Shown piece after piece: positions 19,638-29,295 of a stretch of DNA of 59,583 bases (within the stretch, counting starts at the first letter, position 1; each line of letters opens with the position of its first letter). The DNA is from Leptospiraceae bacterium (GTDB taxonomy: Bacteria; Spirochaetota; Leptospiria; Leptospirales; Leptospiraceae): positions 149,191 through 208,773 of the forward strand of contig JACKPB010000009.1 in the NCBI GenBank assembly GCA_024233875.1. The letters are read 5' to 3'. The position numbers and the translations under genes were made by a program. A model generated the notes under the pieces. The model was not told the origin of the DNA. It saw only the letters and a list, made by a program, of their open reading frames with translations, and searched no databases.

Positions 19638-20732
19638 ATGAATGAATTAGAATCCATATTCCCTGCAATTATAAAAATAAATACATCCGAGGGTAGCGGA
19701 AGTGGATTGTATTACAAAAAATTACATCTTATCATAACTAATTTTCATGTTATATCCGGATTTCGACGTGTAGCTTTTGAAACACAATCGAAGGAAACAA
19801 TTTCTGCTGATGTAATAATAGTAAATCCACTGATAGATATAGCCATTTTAAAACCTCATAAGCATTTAGACTCAATGCCGGAAGTTTCTTTTTTAAAACA
19901 TAAGTACTTAAAAAATATGGACAAAGTTTCGGTACTAGGATATCCATATGGAATGCCTTTTACGATTACTGAGGGGATTATTTCTTCAGTTAACCAACTT
20001 TTAGGCGGGCAAAAGTACATCCAAACAGATGCTGCAGTCAATCCAGGTAACAGTGGAGGACCACTAGTCAATAATAATGGTAAAATTATCGGTATTACAA
20101 CTTCTAAATTTAGCAATGCTGACAATATGGGATTTGCTCTACCTATTGACAGAGTCATTGATGAACTAGATGCTTTAGATCAAAACCCAAACTATATTTA
20201 TTCAGTAAAATGTCCTTCCTGTAATTTTCCCCTCTATGAGGAAACTGAATATTGTCCAAACTGTGGAAATGAATTAGATATCGAAAATCTCTTTAAAGAA
20301 ACTCCTAAGACATATATCGCTGTATTTGTAGAAGAAGTCTTTAAGGATCTAAATTTAGATCCAGTGATAGCCAGAAAGGGATTGGATTACTGGGAATTTT
20401 ACCAGGGTAGTGCTCAGGTAAGGTATTTTGTTTACAGAAATAATTATTTATTTGCTGTGAGTCCTCTCAATAAGCTCCCAAAGAATAGATTATTAGAACT
20501 TTATGAATACATATTAAGCAATAAGGTTGAGCCATTTTTATTAGGTATAAGCGATTCAGTCATCTATATATCTTATCGTATCAATCTTTCTGATATTCAG
20601 GGAGAAGATAAGTCAAAAATCCAGAAAAATCTTGTTAATTTAGCCTTAAAAGCTGATGAGATGGACAATTTCTTTTATGAAAAGTATCAATGTGAGTACT
20701 ATGATAATTCAAAACTTGATATTCAAACTTAA
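19638..20732 (+). CDS. Trypsin-like (S1/S1C) serine peptidase fused to a zinc ribbon and a C-terminal YbjN-like domain
   Basis: Catalytic-region motif GNSGGPLVNNNGKIIGITTS. The zinc ribbon is CPSCNFPLYEETEYCPNCGNE, which has a CxxC...CxxC arrangement. C-terminal VRYFVYRNNYLFAVSPLNKL..NRLLELYEYILS..FLLGISDSVIYISYRINL..LALKADEMDNFFYEKY is a paralogue of the upstream gene's domain. Confidence 0.65.
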   Translation: MNELESIFPAIIKINTSEGSGSGLYYKKLHLIITNFHVISGFRRVAFETQSKETISADVIIVNPLIDIAILKPHKHLDSMPEVSFLKHKYLKNMDKVSVLGYPYGMPFTITEGIISSVNQLLGGQKYIQTDAAVNPGNSGGPLVNNNGKIIGITTSKFSNADNMGFALPIDRVIDELDALDQNPNYIYSVKCPSCNFPLYEETEYCPNCGNELDIENLFKETPKTYIAVFVEEVFKDLNLDPVIARKGLDYWEFYQGSAQVRYFVYRNNYLFAVSPLNKLPKNRLLELYEYILSNKVEPFLLGISDSVIYISYRINLSDIQGEDKSKIQKNLVNLALKADEMDNFFYEKYQCEYYDNSKLDIQT

Positions 20733-20846
20733 TTTTTTTCTTAATTTAAATATTCTTCTTGTATAAATATTCCAAAAAACTCAGATATTATAAGACTCTT
20801 AAAAACTTCATTTAGAGACTAAATTCACAAAAATCAAGGAGTAAAG

Positions 20847-21776
20847 ATGAAAAAAATTCTTACACTTTTCATTTTATTAATGTTCTTTTCCTATTGTAAA
20901 GCAAAGGAAAAGGTAACCATTCTAACCGGTAGTGCGGATGGAAATTATTACAAAGGTGGTATGGTACTTAAAAAGATTTTAGATAAGAACTTTGATTTGC
21001 AAGTGATGGAATCAAATGGTTCCTTTCAAAACATTGAGGATTTGAGTGCAGGAAAAGCTGATTTTGCTTTTGCTCAGTTTGATACAATTCTAGTCTTTGT
21101 TGGTATGGGTGGTGAGTACAAAGATAAGGTCAATAAATGTCTGGCTGTTGCCCCTATAGACAACGAAACTGTTCATATACTAGTTAACAATAATTCAGGA
21201 ATCAATAGTCTGGCTGATTTAGCTGGAAAGAAAGTAGCTATGGGTGAAGAAAAATCCGGAACTTGGATAACTACAAAAATTATAGCTAAAACTATTCTTG
21301 ATGTTGATGTAAATGCAGAAGGATCCGGATTTCAATACATGGAAGATGCTGAAGCTCTCAAGAAACTCATCGATGGTGAAATTGATGCAATGTTCTTGGT
21401 TTCTGCAATGGGAACTCCTCTACTCAAATCAGTTGATGCTGACGCAGGTGAGAAAATCAGACTTTTATCTTACACAAAAGCTGAAATTCCTAACACTCTA
21501 GCTTCCAGATACATTGCTATGACTATCAATAATGGAACCTATCCATGGTTGAAAGAAGAGATTGAAGTACCCGTTACTGCATCTTTCCTTTTAGTAAATG
21601 AAACTGTAACTCCTGAAAAACTTGAAGCTATAGGTAAGTTGATATATGAAAATGATGACGCAATGGATGAAGAAAGTAATACGTTTCTTTCTAGAGGTAA
21701 AGAAATTGCTCTCAAACAAATTGATATCGGAATTCCTTACCACAACTCCATCAAAGCATATCTAAAGAAAAAATAA
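20847..21776 (+). CDS. TAXI-family TRAP-transporter solute-binding lipoprotein (orphan)
   Basis: Lipobox FFSYC-KAK. VTILTGSADGNYYKGG and the overall pattern match COG2358/TAXI receptors. No DctQM-like membrane gene is nearby. Confidence 0.65.
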   Translation: MKKILTLFILLMFFSYCKAKEKVTILTGSADGNYYKGGMVLKKILDKNFDLQVMESNGSFQNIEDLSAGKADFAFAQFDTILVFVGMGGEYKDKVNKCLAVAPIDNETVHILVNNNSGINSLADLAGKKVAMGEEKSGTWITTKIIAKTILDVDVNAEGSGFQYMEDAEALKKLIDGEIDAMFLVSAMGTPLLKSVDADAGEKIRLLSYTKAEIPNTLASRYIAMTINNGTYPWLKEEIEVPVTASFLLVNETVTPEKLEAIGKLIYENDDAMDEESNTFLSRGKEIALKQIDIGIPYHNSIKAYLKKK

Positions 21777-21787
21777 TTTTTTAATTT

Positions 21788-22603
21788 TCAGGGTAATATA
21801 TCATTACCCTGATTTTCCTCTTCAAGAGTCTGAGCAGTAATACGATCTAAATCTAATTCTTTTACATGTTTTTCCATTTCTTTTAAAAGCTTAATATTCA
21901 ATTCTCTTGATATTTTACCAATTACTTCATTTTCTACGGTTTCAATTATTACATTAGTGATGTCATTTGACAACTGATCGGATAATCCATTGAATAAAGG
22001 ATTGGAAGTTATTTTACCTATAGAAGTTTTATTATCTAATGAATCTTTAACTACTATTTTAAGATTTTCTCTATTTGATTCTAAGATTGGTCCGGAGAGT
22101 TTAGAAAAATCTAATCTTTCTACGACCTCATTAACACGTTCTAAGGATCTTAAAAATATTGCATCAGAGATTGTATCTATAAATAAATCCATAAATGAGA
22201 AATTAATCTCTTTATCTATAAAGATAGCTGCATTTTTCTCTCCTCTTCTTATAAATTTATAAATGAGAATAGATTGTTTTAATGTGATTAAAAATAAGAA
22301 AAATCTAAAGATTGGAATAGGAAATATCCCAAGAAGATGATACCATCGATCCTGAATGTATCTAAATTTTTCTTCCCGTCCATGAATTCTTTTTATAAAC
22401 TCTATACCCCAAATAGAAGCTACAATGAAATCAAAGAAAAATATGAACAAGTTTAGATTATTAGGAAAATACAATTCATATGATGTTTTCAATAAGAGAA
22501 GAAGCAAATCAATAATCAATAAAATATGAAAGAAATATTCTTTTTTGGAAATAGGTAGGTAAGTAGACCACTCTCGAAGTTTACTTTTTCTTTTATTTTT
22601 CAT
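21788..22603 (-). CDS. Membrane protein, hypothetical: about 3 TM helices plus a cytoplasmic domain
   Basis: Hydrophobic helices HILLIIDLLLLLL, LFIFFFDFIVASIWGIEFI and LGIFPIPIFRFFLFLITL. It is the last gene of the opp-like operon and overlaps the preceding gene by 11 nt. Confidence 0.45.
   Translation of the reverse strand: MKNKRKSKLREWSTYLPISKKEYFFHILLIIDLLLLLLKTSYELYFPNNLNLFIFFFDFIVASIWGIEFIKRIHGREEKFRYIQDRWYHLLGIFPIPIFRFFLFLITLKQSILIYKFIRRGEKNAAIFIDKEINFSFMDLFIDTISDAIFLRSLERVNEVVERLDFSKLSGPILESNRENLKIVVKDSLDNKTSIGKITSNPLFNGLSDQLSNDITNVIIETVENEVIGKISRELNIKLLKEMEKHVKELDLDRITAQTLEEENQGNDILP
21789..21811. terminator. Hairpin CAGGGTAAT-ATATC-ATTACCCTG flanked by T-runs, between convergent genes
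   Basis: Perfect 9-bp stem. It overlaps the last codons of the minus-strand gene. A possible bidirectional terminator. Confidence 0.35.
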
Positions 22604-22937
22604 ATAACTTTAACTTTTTTTCTAACCAATCTTTTGCTAATATAGTTTGGTTGTCCTTTGTTTTTATTTTGTAATAGATTCCGGTGATTGAAGATTTTGT
22701 AGCTAATATCTCAATAAAGTCTTCTACTGAATTTATTTTTGATTCATAATAATTGTATTTTGATTCGAGATGGCTTCTTGCTTTTTGGGAATCATACTCA
22801 ATTCCATTTCTAATGAAAATAAGATTAGATTCCGAAATTGACTTCAACAAATAGTCAATTTTTTGCTTCTCCTGAACAGACGGCTGAGAATATAGGATTG
22901 AAAAGGATAGTATAAATAGAGATATAAAATGCTTCAT
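22593..22937 (-). CDS. Small secreted hypothetical protein
   Basis: 114 aa with signal peptide MKHFISLFILSFSILYSQ. Overlaps oppF-like by 4 nt. Confidence 0.45.
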   Translation of the reverse strand: MKHFISLFILSFSILYSQPSVQEKQKIDYLLKSISESNLIFIRNGIEYDSQKARSHLESKYNYYESKINSVEDFIEILATKSSITGIYYKIKTKDNQTILAKDWLEKKLKLYEK

Positions 22938-23908
22938 TTAGAATTAAGAGGATAATGACAGTAAGTAGATTGAGTTCCTGAAATTTTAGTTTCTATGGGA
23001 ACTTCATGACTGCATCTTTCTTTGGCATAAGGACACCTGGTATGGAAATAACAACCTGTTGGTTTGTTTATTGATCCCGGTATTTCACCTTTCAATAAAT
23101 TGACTTTTTGACCTCTTTTAGAAATGTCAAATATACTTGAAAACAAAGCTTTTGTATATGGATGAGTGGAATTATTAATAATATCTGATTTAGTTCCAAC
23201 TTCTAATATTTTTCCTAAATACATAACTGCAATATAATCGGAGAAATAGCTTATTATATTTAAATCATGACTAATAAACAATATAGATAATTTTAACTCT
23301 TTCTTAAATTCATTTAATAGGTTAATTATTTGTGCTTGATTGGATACATCTAGAGCTGAGGTGACCTCATCGCAAACTAAAAATTCTGGATTTAAGATTA
23401 ATGACCTTGCTATGGAAATTCTTTGTCTTTGACCACCTGAAAATTCATGCGGATATCTTTGAAGAATGTCTTTTTTTAAATTAACTCTAGTTATAATATC
23501 CATAGATTTATCTATTGATTCCGCTTTTGAATAATTATAGTGAATGTCCAAACCTTCTTTAAGGATTTCAAAAATAGTCATTCTAGGGTTTAAAGATGAA
23601 TATGGATCCTGAAATACAATTTGAAGTTTTTTTCTTAGGCTAGACATCTCTTTGTTTGTAAATTTTAGAATATCATTATCATAAAAATAAACTTCCCCTT
23701 CTGACGGTTCAATCAATCGAAGTATACTTCTTCCTAAGGTTGATTTTCCACATCCAGATTCACCTACCAAACCCATTACTGAATTTTTAGGAATTGTTAA
23801 ATTTACTTTTTCAACAGCTTTCAGTATATTTTTTTTAAATAAATTCTTGGATTTTAGAGAAAATTGTGTGGATAAATTTTGAATTTTAATCATGGCTTTT
23901 ATCTCCAA
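22934..23908 (-). CDS. Oligopeptide/dipeptide-type ABC transporter ATP-binding protein (OppF/DppF-like)
   Basis: Walker A GESGCGKST, signature LSGGQRQR, Walker B LLVCDEVTSALD, and a C-terminal Opp-type extension with Cys residues. Confidence 0.85.
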   Translation of the reverse strand: MEIKAMIKIQNLSTQFSLKSKNLFKKNILKAVEKVNLTIPKNSVMGLVGESGCGKSTLGRSILRLIEPSEGEVYFYDNDILKFTNKEMSSLRKKLQIVFQDPYSSLNPRMTIFEILKEGLDIHYNYSKAESIDKSMDIITRVNLKKDILQRYPHEFSGGQRQRISIARSLILNPEFLVCDEVTSALDVSNQAQIINLLNEFKKELKLSILFISHDLNIISYFSDYIAVMYLGKILEVGTKSDIINNSTHPYTKALFSSIFDISKRGQKVNLLKGEIPGSINKPTGCYFHTRCPYAKERCSHEVPIETKISGTQSTYCHYPLNSK

Positions 23909-24866
23909 ACAAGAAACAACGAATTTTTCGATGTTTTAAGGACAGATACTCAGGTTTTTTGTGAGAACATATATCTATAGATTTAGAACATCTATCCTGG
24001 AAGTGGCATCCCTGAGGGTAGTCCTGGGGAGCAGGAACAATACCCTGTATACTTTCTAGTTTTGATCCATCTTTGATTTTATCTAAGGATGGTATGGAGT
24101 TTATCAATGCATGAGTGTAAGGATGCAAAGGATTTTGGATGATATCCAAGTAATTTGATTCTTCTATAACCTGTCCTGCATACATAACAACGATTTTATC
24201 AGCTATATTTGAAACTACTCCAATATCATGAGATATAAAAAGAATCGACATTTGATTCTCATTTTTTATATCCATCAATAGTTCAATGAGTTGCGATTGG
24301 ACACTCACATCCAGAGCAGAAGTTGGTTCATCCGCAATCAGAAGAATAGGATCACACATTAACGCCATTGCTATAGAAATACGTTGGAGGATTCCTCCAC
24401 TCATTTGACCGGGATAGGATTCTAAACGAGTTTTTATATCGTTAACTCCTACTTTATTTAACAAAAACTCCGCTTTCTCGATAGCTTCCTTTTTGTTCTT
24501 AGAAATATGAATGATAAAAGACTCAATGATCTGATCTTTGATTTTTTTAATTGGATTTAATGAAGTAAATGGATCCTGAAATATATAAGAAATTTCCTTT
24601 CCCCGTACATTCATTAATTGTTCGTTGGTATAATTCAGAATATCTTCACCTAGAAAATTAATAGATCCACTAGTGTATCGGGTAATCTTTTCAGGTAATA
24701 GTTTTGTTATAGATAAAGCTGTTAAGGATTTTCCACAACCTGATTCTCCTACGATTGATAAAACTTCACCTTTTTGAATAGATATATCTATATTTTGTAA
24801 AATCGGAAGGTAAATAGATTGAGAAAGTATATCTACTGATAGTTTCTTTATTTCTAATATATTCAT
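23886..24866 (-). CDS. Oligopeptide/dipeptide-type ABC transporter ATP-binding protein (OppD/DppD-like)
   Basis: Walker A GESGCGKSLT, signature MSGGILQR, Walker B LLIADEPTSALD, and a C-terminal CxxxC tail. Confidence 0.85.
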   Translation of the reverse strand: MNILEIKKLSVDILSQSIYLPILQNIDISIQKGEVLSIVGESGCGKSLTALSITKLLPEKITRYTSGSINFLGEDILNYTNEQLMNVRGKEISYIFQDPFTSLNPIKKIKDQIIESFIIHISKNKKEAIEKAEFLLNKVGVNDIKTRLESYPGQMSGGILQRISIAMALMCDPILLIADEPTSALDVSVQSQLIELLMDIKNENQMSILFISHDIGVVSNIADKIVVMYAGQVIEESNYLDIIQNPLHPYTHALINSIPSLDKIKDGSKLESIQGIVPAPQDYPQGCHFQDRCSKSIDICSHKKPEYLSLKHRKIRCFLFGDKSHD

Positions 24867-25903
24867 TAATCTACCTTCCTCGAATCAAAAGAATCCCTCA
24901 GCCCCTCACCAACAAAAGATGTAAGTTGAATGGTTAAAAATAATGCTAATGATGGAAATCCAATCAACCACCAGGCGGATAATCTTTCTCTACCCTGCCC
25001 GATCAATTCTCCCCAGGATGGATTGGGAGCAGGTATGCCATATCCGAGAAAATCTAAGGCTGAAAGGATTGAAATAGATCCTATGATTGAAAAAGGAAGA
25101 AAGGTAACAATAGGAGTCAGGGCATTAGGCAAAATATGTTTAAAAATTATTTTATAAGTAGGAACTCCAAGAGCTCTTGCTGCCTCAACGAATTGAGAAT
25201 TTCTTAGTTTATAAAACTCTCCCCTCATATAAAAACTAATTCCTATCCATGCAAATACAGAATAAGTAATTAGTAATATGAAGAAACTTCTACCGAAGAA
25301 AGATCCCATAATTAAAATCATATACAAAAATGGAATTGATGAGAGAATTTCGATAAACCTTTGCATAGTTAAATCAACAATGCCGGAAAAATATCCCTGG
25401 ATCCCACCAATCATTATTCCGATTAGAATTTCAAAAAATATTAGTATAAAACTAAATGTTAAAGAAATCCTATAACCATAAAAAATCCGGGTAAACACAT
25501 CTCTTCCACGATCATCAGTGCCCATCCAATGTTTTTTGTCCGGGGCAGTTGGAGGATATTCATTTTCTTTAAAATCTTCAAGATGACTTTCATTTATGCC
25601 ATAGGGAACTATAGGAAATAAAATTGTATTTTTACCTGATTGAAAATCTTCTCTTTGGCTTAATTTTTTATAGTTCGGCTCCGTTAATCTCTCTCCACCA
25701 AAATTCTTTTCAGGGTAGAAAAATAGTACCGGAAAATATAGTTTATTATCATATTTAATTAGCAGAGGAACATCATTTACAAGTAATGGTGCGAATATTG
25801 AAATAATATAGGTAACCATTATAATTAAAAATGAATAATAAGCTCTCTTGTTATTTTTAAATTTAAGGAGTCTTCTTTTGGTTGTTGGATTCAAAATATT
25901 CAT
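24866..25903 (-). CDS. ABC transporter permease (OppC/DppC-like)
   Basis: Six TM helices with EAA-like loop [21 protein letters not shown]. 345 aa. Confidence 0.8.
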   Translation of the reverse strand: MNILNPTTKRRLLKFKNNKRAYYSFLIIMVTYIISIFAPLLVNDVPLLIKYDNKLYFPVLFFYPEKNFGGERLTEPNYKKLSQREDFQSGKNTILFPIVPYGINESHLEDFKENEYPPTAPDKKHWMGTDDRGRDVFTRIFYGYRISLTFSFILIFFEILIGIMIGGIQGYFSGIVDLTMQRFIEILSSIPFLYMILIMGSFFGRSFFILLITYSVFAWIGISFYMRGEFYKLRNSQFVEAARALGVPTYKIIFKHILPNALTPIVTFLPFSIIGSISILSALDFLGYGIPAPNPSWGELIGQGRERLSAWWLIGFPSLALFLTIQLTSFVGEGLRDSFDSRKVD

Positions 25904-26910
25904 TCAAATTTTATCCTGGGATCAATTAAAACATAACATAAATCCGATAAAATATTTCCGGATAGAGAGAGAAAACTTTGAATTAGCAATAATCCCATCA
26001 TCAAATCAGTATCACGTTGCTTAACCGCAGTGAAGCTCAGAAGTCCCATTCCATCAATATTGAAAACTAATTCAATGATCAATGACCCTGCCATGATCAG
26101 TCCTAGATTACTTCCAAAGCCGGTAGCTATTGGTATCAGAGAATTTCTAAATGCATGACGGTAAACTGCTTCTTTAAAGTTCATACCTTTCGAGAGAGCA
26201 GTGCGAACATAATCTTTGCTTATTTCTTCAAGTAGAGAATTTTTCATCAAAATTGTCAGCACCGCAAAAGAATGAAAAGTATAACAGAACACTGGTAAGA
26301 ACATATGATGCAAACGATCTACTATTCTATCCCAGGTATCCAGACTTTCATAATAGTCAGAAACTTCATGACCGAGTGGAAAAAGGGAGAAAAAATTACC
26401 TGAAGCTAGAAAGTACAATAATAGCATAGCCAGAGCAAAAGTTGGAATAGAATAGGTAAAGAAAATAATAAAACTTGAAATGATATCAAACTTTTCTCCG
26501 TTTTTCATAGCTTTCATTATCCCGAGAGGTATACAGATTAAATAAGATAAAATAAACCCTGACAGGCCAAATGAAAGGGAAATGGGTAATTTTTCTAATA
26601 CTAAATCACTTACTTTTTTATAATTGATTCTTGATTCTCCCAAATCAAACTGTATGATTTGACCTAACCAATATAAATATGCAATAGGAATAGGTTTATC
26701 TAAATGCAATCTCTTCTTAATTAGGTCAATCTCTTCCTGGCTGATTTGCTTTTGACTAGCTCCGGATTCACTACTCAGAGCTTTCAATTTAGACAATTCA
26801 GCCTCTAAAGGACCCCCGGGAGCCAAATGAGAGATCAAGAAAACAACAAATGTAATACCAAGTAAAGTGGGAAAGAGTAATAAAAATCGTTTTAAAAAAT
26901 AATTATTCAT
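25900..26910 (-). CDS. ABC transporter permease (OppB/DppB-like)
   Basis: The TM profile and [23 protein letters not shown] match the BPD-transporter permease signature. 336 aa. Confidence 0.8.
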   Translation of the reverse strand: MNNYFLKRFLLLFPTLLGITFVVFLISHLAPGGPLEAELSKLKALSSESGASQKQISQEEIDLIKKRLHLDKPIPIAYLYWLGQIIQFDLGESRINYKKVSDLVLEKLPISLSFGLSGFILSYLICIPLGIMKAMKNGEKFDIISSFIIFFTYSIPTFALAMLLLYFLASGNFFSLFPLGHEVSDYYESLDTWDRIVDRLHHMFLPVFCYTFHSFAVLTILMKNSLLEEISKDYVRTALSKGMNFKEAVYRHAFRNSLIPIATGFGSNLGLIMAGSLIIELVFNIDGMGLLSFTAVKQRDTDLMMGLLLIQSFLSLSGNILSDLCYVLIDPRIKFE

Positions 26911-28303
26911 TTGAATCCGTCTGATTTAATGCATCAATAATAGCATATCTATACAACTCGTGAAATGTTGGAAAATTATAAATCATAGAGTGAATCTTTT
27001 CCAGTGTCATCTTACTTTCTATCATAAGTACACCGAAATGTATCAATTCAGTAGCTAATTCACCTATAATATGAACACCCAAGAGGTATCTTGAATTTCT
27101 ATCATATAAAATTTTTAAAAATCCATCTTCAATTCCCTGGATTTTACTCTTAGGTATATTTTTATAATAGGCTTTCCCTATTCCATAATTAATTTTAGAT
27201 TTCTTTGCCTGATCTTCAGTTAATCCTGCCATAGAAATTTCGGGTACTGTATATACACCGTAAGGAAAGATACTTGTAATTGTTTCGTTTTTAGTTACTG
27301 AAAAAATATTATTCACCGCAGAAACTCCCTGACTCATTCCTGTACTCGCTAACCCAGGAAAACCGATTACATCTCCAGCAGCAAATATATTTGGGATATT
27401 TGTTTGATAATTAGAATTTACTAATATATTGTTTCTATCTCCCGTTTGAATGCCTAATTTATCCAGATTCATTCCGGATATTTTTGCATTTCTTCCATTG
27501 GCAAATAGAAACATATCAGAACTTATTTCTCTACCGGAGTGGAAATATATTTTTAGATTAGTCTCTGATGCTTCAGGATTGTATATATCTTTGATTTCCT
27601 CATTAAATAAAAATTTAATACCTGATTTCTTCATAATATGAAGCATTTCATTGGAAACCTCATTATCAAGAAAAGGCAAAATAGTATTACCGGAATCCAT
27701 AAGGGTTACCGGAATTTTTTTTAGAGCAAACATGGATGCAAATTCACATCCAACGATTCCTGTACCGAATATACTTAGTGATTTAGGAAATCTTTTTAAG
27801 TTTAAAATAGAATCTGAATCATGAATCTTTTCAAAATCAAAAGGAATATTGGAAGGATGAAAAGGATATGAACCTGTAGCGATTAAAATATAGTCTCCTC
27901 TTATCTTAGTCAATTTTCCACGGTTGTCTATGGAAATCGTATTCTGATTTTCTAGCTTTGCCCATCCGGTATAATGCTTAATCCCTTTAAGAAGTATTTC
28001 TTCTAAAATTGACTTTGTTTCAGAGTTTATTGAAAATTTTTTCCTATAATACAGGTCATTGATTTCTTCTAAATTATCTGTACTATCGGCTTCGAATCGA
28101 TTCGATTTTCCTCCACAGTTGAAGAATAAAATCGTTTCTCTAAGGATTTTTGAAGCTAAAGAACCATTTGTAACTACAGCACCACCGAGTTCTTTATTGA
28201 ATTCCACCAGAGCTACTTTCTTCTTAAGTTCAGCTGCTCTTCTGGCTGCTTTTTCGCCTGTCGGACCCCCACCGATAATAATTAAATCATATTGAACCAT
28301 CAA
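26903..28303 (-). CDS. sthA: Soluble pyridine nucleotide transhydrogenase-like flavoprotein (SthA/UdhA family, class I pyridine nucleotide-disulfide oxidoreductase fold)
   Basis: 466 aa. Contains [12 protein letters not shown] (FAD GxGxxG), [16 protein letters not shown] and [14 protein letters not shown] (NAD site). It is collinear with E. coli SthA as I recall it. The active-site CxxxxC is absent ([13 protein letters not shown]), which is expected for transhydrogenase-type members rather than lipoamide dehydrogenase. Confidence 0.65.
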   Translation of the reverse strand: MMVQYDLIIIGGGPTGEKAARRAAELKKKVALVEFNKELGGAVVTNGSLASKILRETILFFNCGGKSNRFEADSTDNLEEINDLYYRKKFSINSETKSILEEILLKGIKHYTGWAKLENQNTISIDNRGKLTKIRGDYILIATGSYPFHPSNIPFDFEKIHDSDSILNLKRFPKSLSIFGTGIVGCEFASMFALKKIPVTLMDSGNTILPFLDNEVSNEMLHIMKKSGIKFLFNEEIKDIYNPEASETNLKIYFHSGREISSDMFLFANGRNAKISGMNLDKLGIQTGDRNNILVNSNYQTNIPNIFAAGDVIGFPGLASTGMSQGVSAVNNIFSVTKNETITSIFPYGVYTVPEISMAGLTEDQAKKSKINYGIGKAYYKNIPKSKIQGIEDGFLKILYDRNSRYLLGVHIIGELATELIHFGVLMIESKMTLEKIHSMIYNFPTFHELYRYAIIDALNQTDSNE

Positions 28304-28309
28304 TAACCT

Positions 28310-29230
28310 TTAGTAAATTTGAGTGACCCAGTCATTGTATGAATTGCTTTGGTTGGTAACAATTTGGAAGTATGCATTCTGAATCTTTTCAGTGATAGGA
28401 CCAATAGTACCATTTCCAATAGTTCGTTTATCAACTTCACTAATCCATGCTACCTGAACACCTGTTCCACAAAAAAATAATTCATCAGCTACATACAATT
28501 CACTTCGGGAGATAGTTTTTTCTACTACTGTATAACCCAAATCTCGAGAAATTTGGATAATAGAACGTCTCGTAATACCTTCTAAAATCGATGAAGACAA
28601 TTGGGGGGTATAAAGAACACCATCTCTTACCAGAAAAATATTCTCTGCAGATCCTTCTGATACAAATCCACTGGAGTCTAAAAATATAGCTTCATCAAGT
28701 CCATTTTGAACTGCTTCAGATTTAGCCAATGCTGAATTCACATATCCACCGGAAGCTTTAGCCATAGTAGGTATAATATTATCTTCTATTCTCCTCCAAC
28801 TGGATACCATAGTTTTTAGACCTTTTTTCGTATCTAAATAATCATTTAATTTCAAAATATAGATTGCAATATCTGTTTTGACATCATGAAACCGGGGTGA
28901 TAGCTGAAGAGCAGATGTGTAAATATAAGGTCTTATGTAAATATTTTCGTGATAATTTGATTCTTTAACTAACTTCAGAGTGATTTCAACCAATTCTTCG
29001 GGTTTTTTAAAAAACTGCAATTGCATAATTTTAGTTGAGTTGATTAATCTTTTATAATGATCTAAAATTCTGAAAATATATAGATTTTTTTTATCTTTAT
29101 TGTAGTACCCACGTATTCCACCAAATACAGCAGTACCATATTGTAATGCGTGAGTTTGAATACTAAGCTTTGCCTGGTCCGAGGGAACAATATTTCCCTC
29201 AAAGTATGATAATTCTTTGAAATCCATCAA
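28310..29230 (-). CDS. ilvE: Branched-chain-amino-acid aminotransferase (class IV PLP enzyme)
   Basis: 306 aa. The N-terminus YFEGNIVP..SIQTHALQYGTAVFGGIRGY and overall length match IlvE. Confidence 0.8.
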   Translation of the reverse strand: MMDFKELSYFEGNIVPSDQAKLSIQTHALQYGTAVFGGIRGYYNKDKKNLYIFRILDHYKRLINSTKIMQLQFFKKPEELVEITLKLVKESNYHENIYIRPYIYTSALQLSPRFHDVKTDIAIYILKLNDYLDTKKGLKTMVSSWRRIEDNIIPTMAKASGGYVNSALAKSEAVQNGLDEAIFLDSSGFVSEGSAENIFLVRDGVLYTPQLSSSILEGITRRSIIQISRDLGYTVVEKTISRSELYVADELFFCGTGVQVAWISEVDKRTIGNGTIGPITEKIQNAYFQIVTNQSNSYNDWVTQIY

Positions 29231-29295
29231 TTCATTCCTTAAGTTTATGAAGGAGACTCAATCGGATTGTACAAATCCGATTGATATTATTATTT

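Noticed and set aside
26903-28303. A flavoprotein lacking the redox-active CxxxxC, read as an inactivated dihydrolipoamide dehydrogenase or an unusual oxidoreductase.
   Set aside because: Length and collinear motifs, including [16 protein letters not shown] and [13 protein letters not shown], match the SthA/UdhA soluble transhydrogenase family. That family does not use the disulfide, so the missing cysteines are expected.
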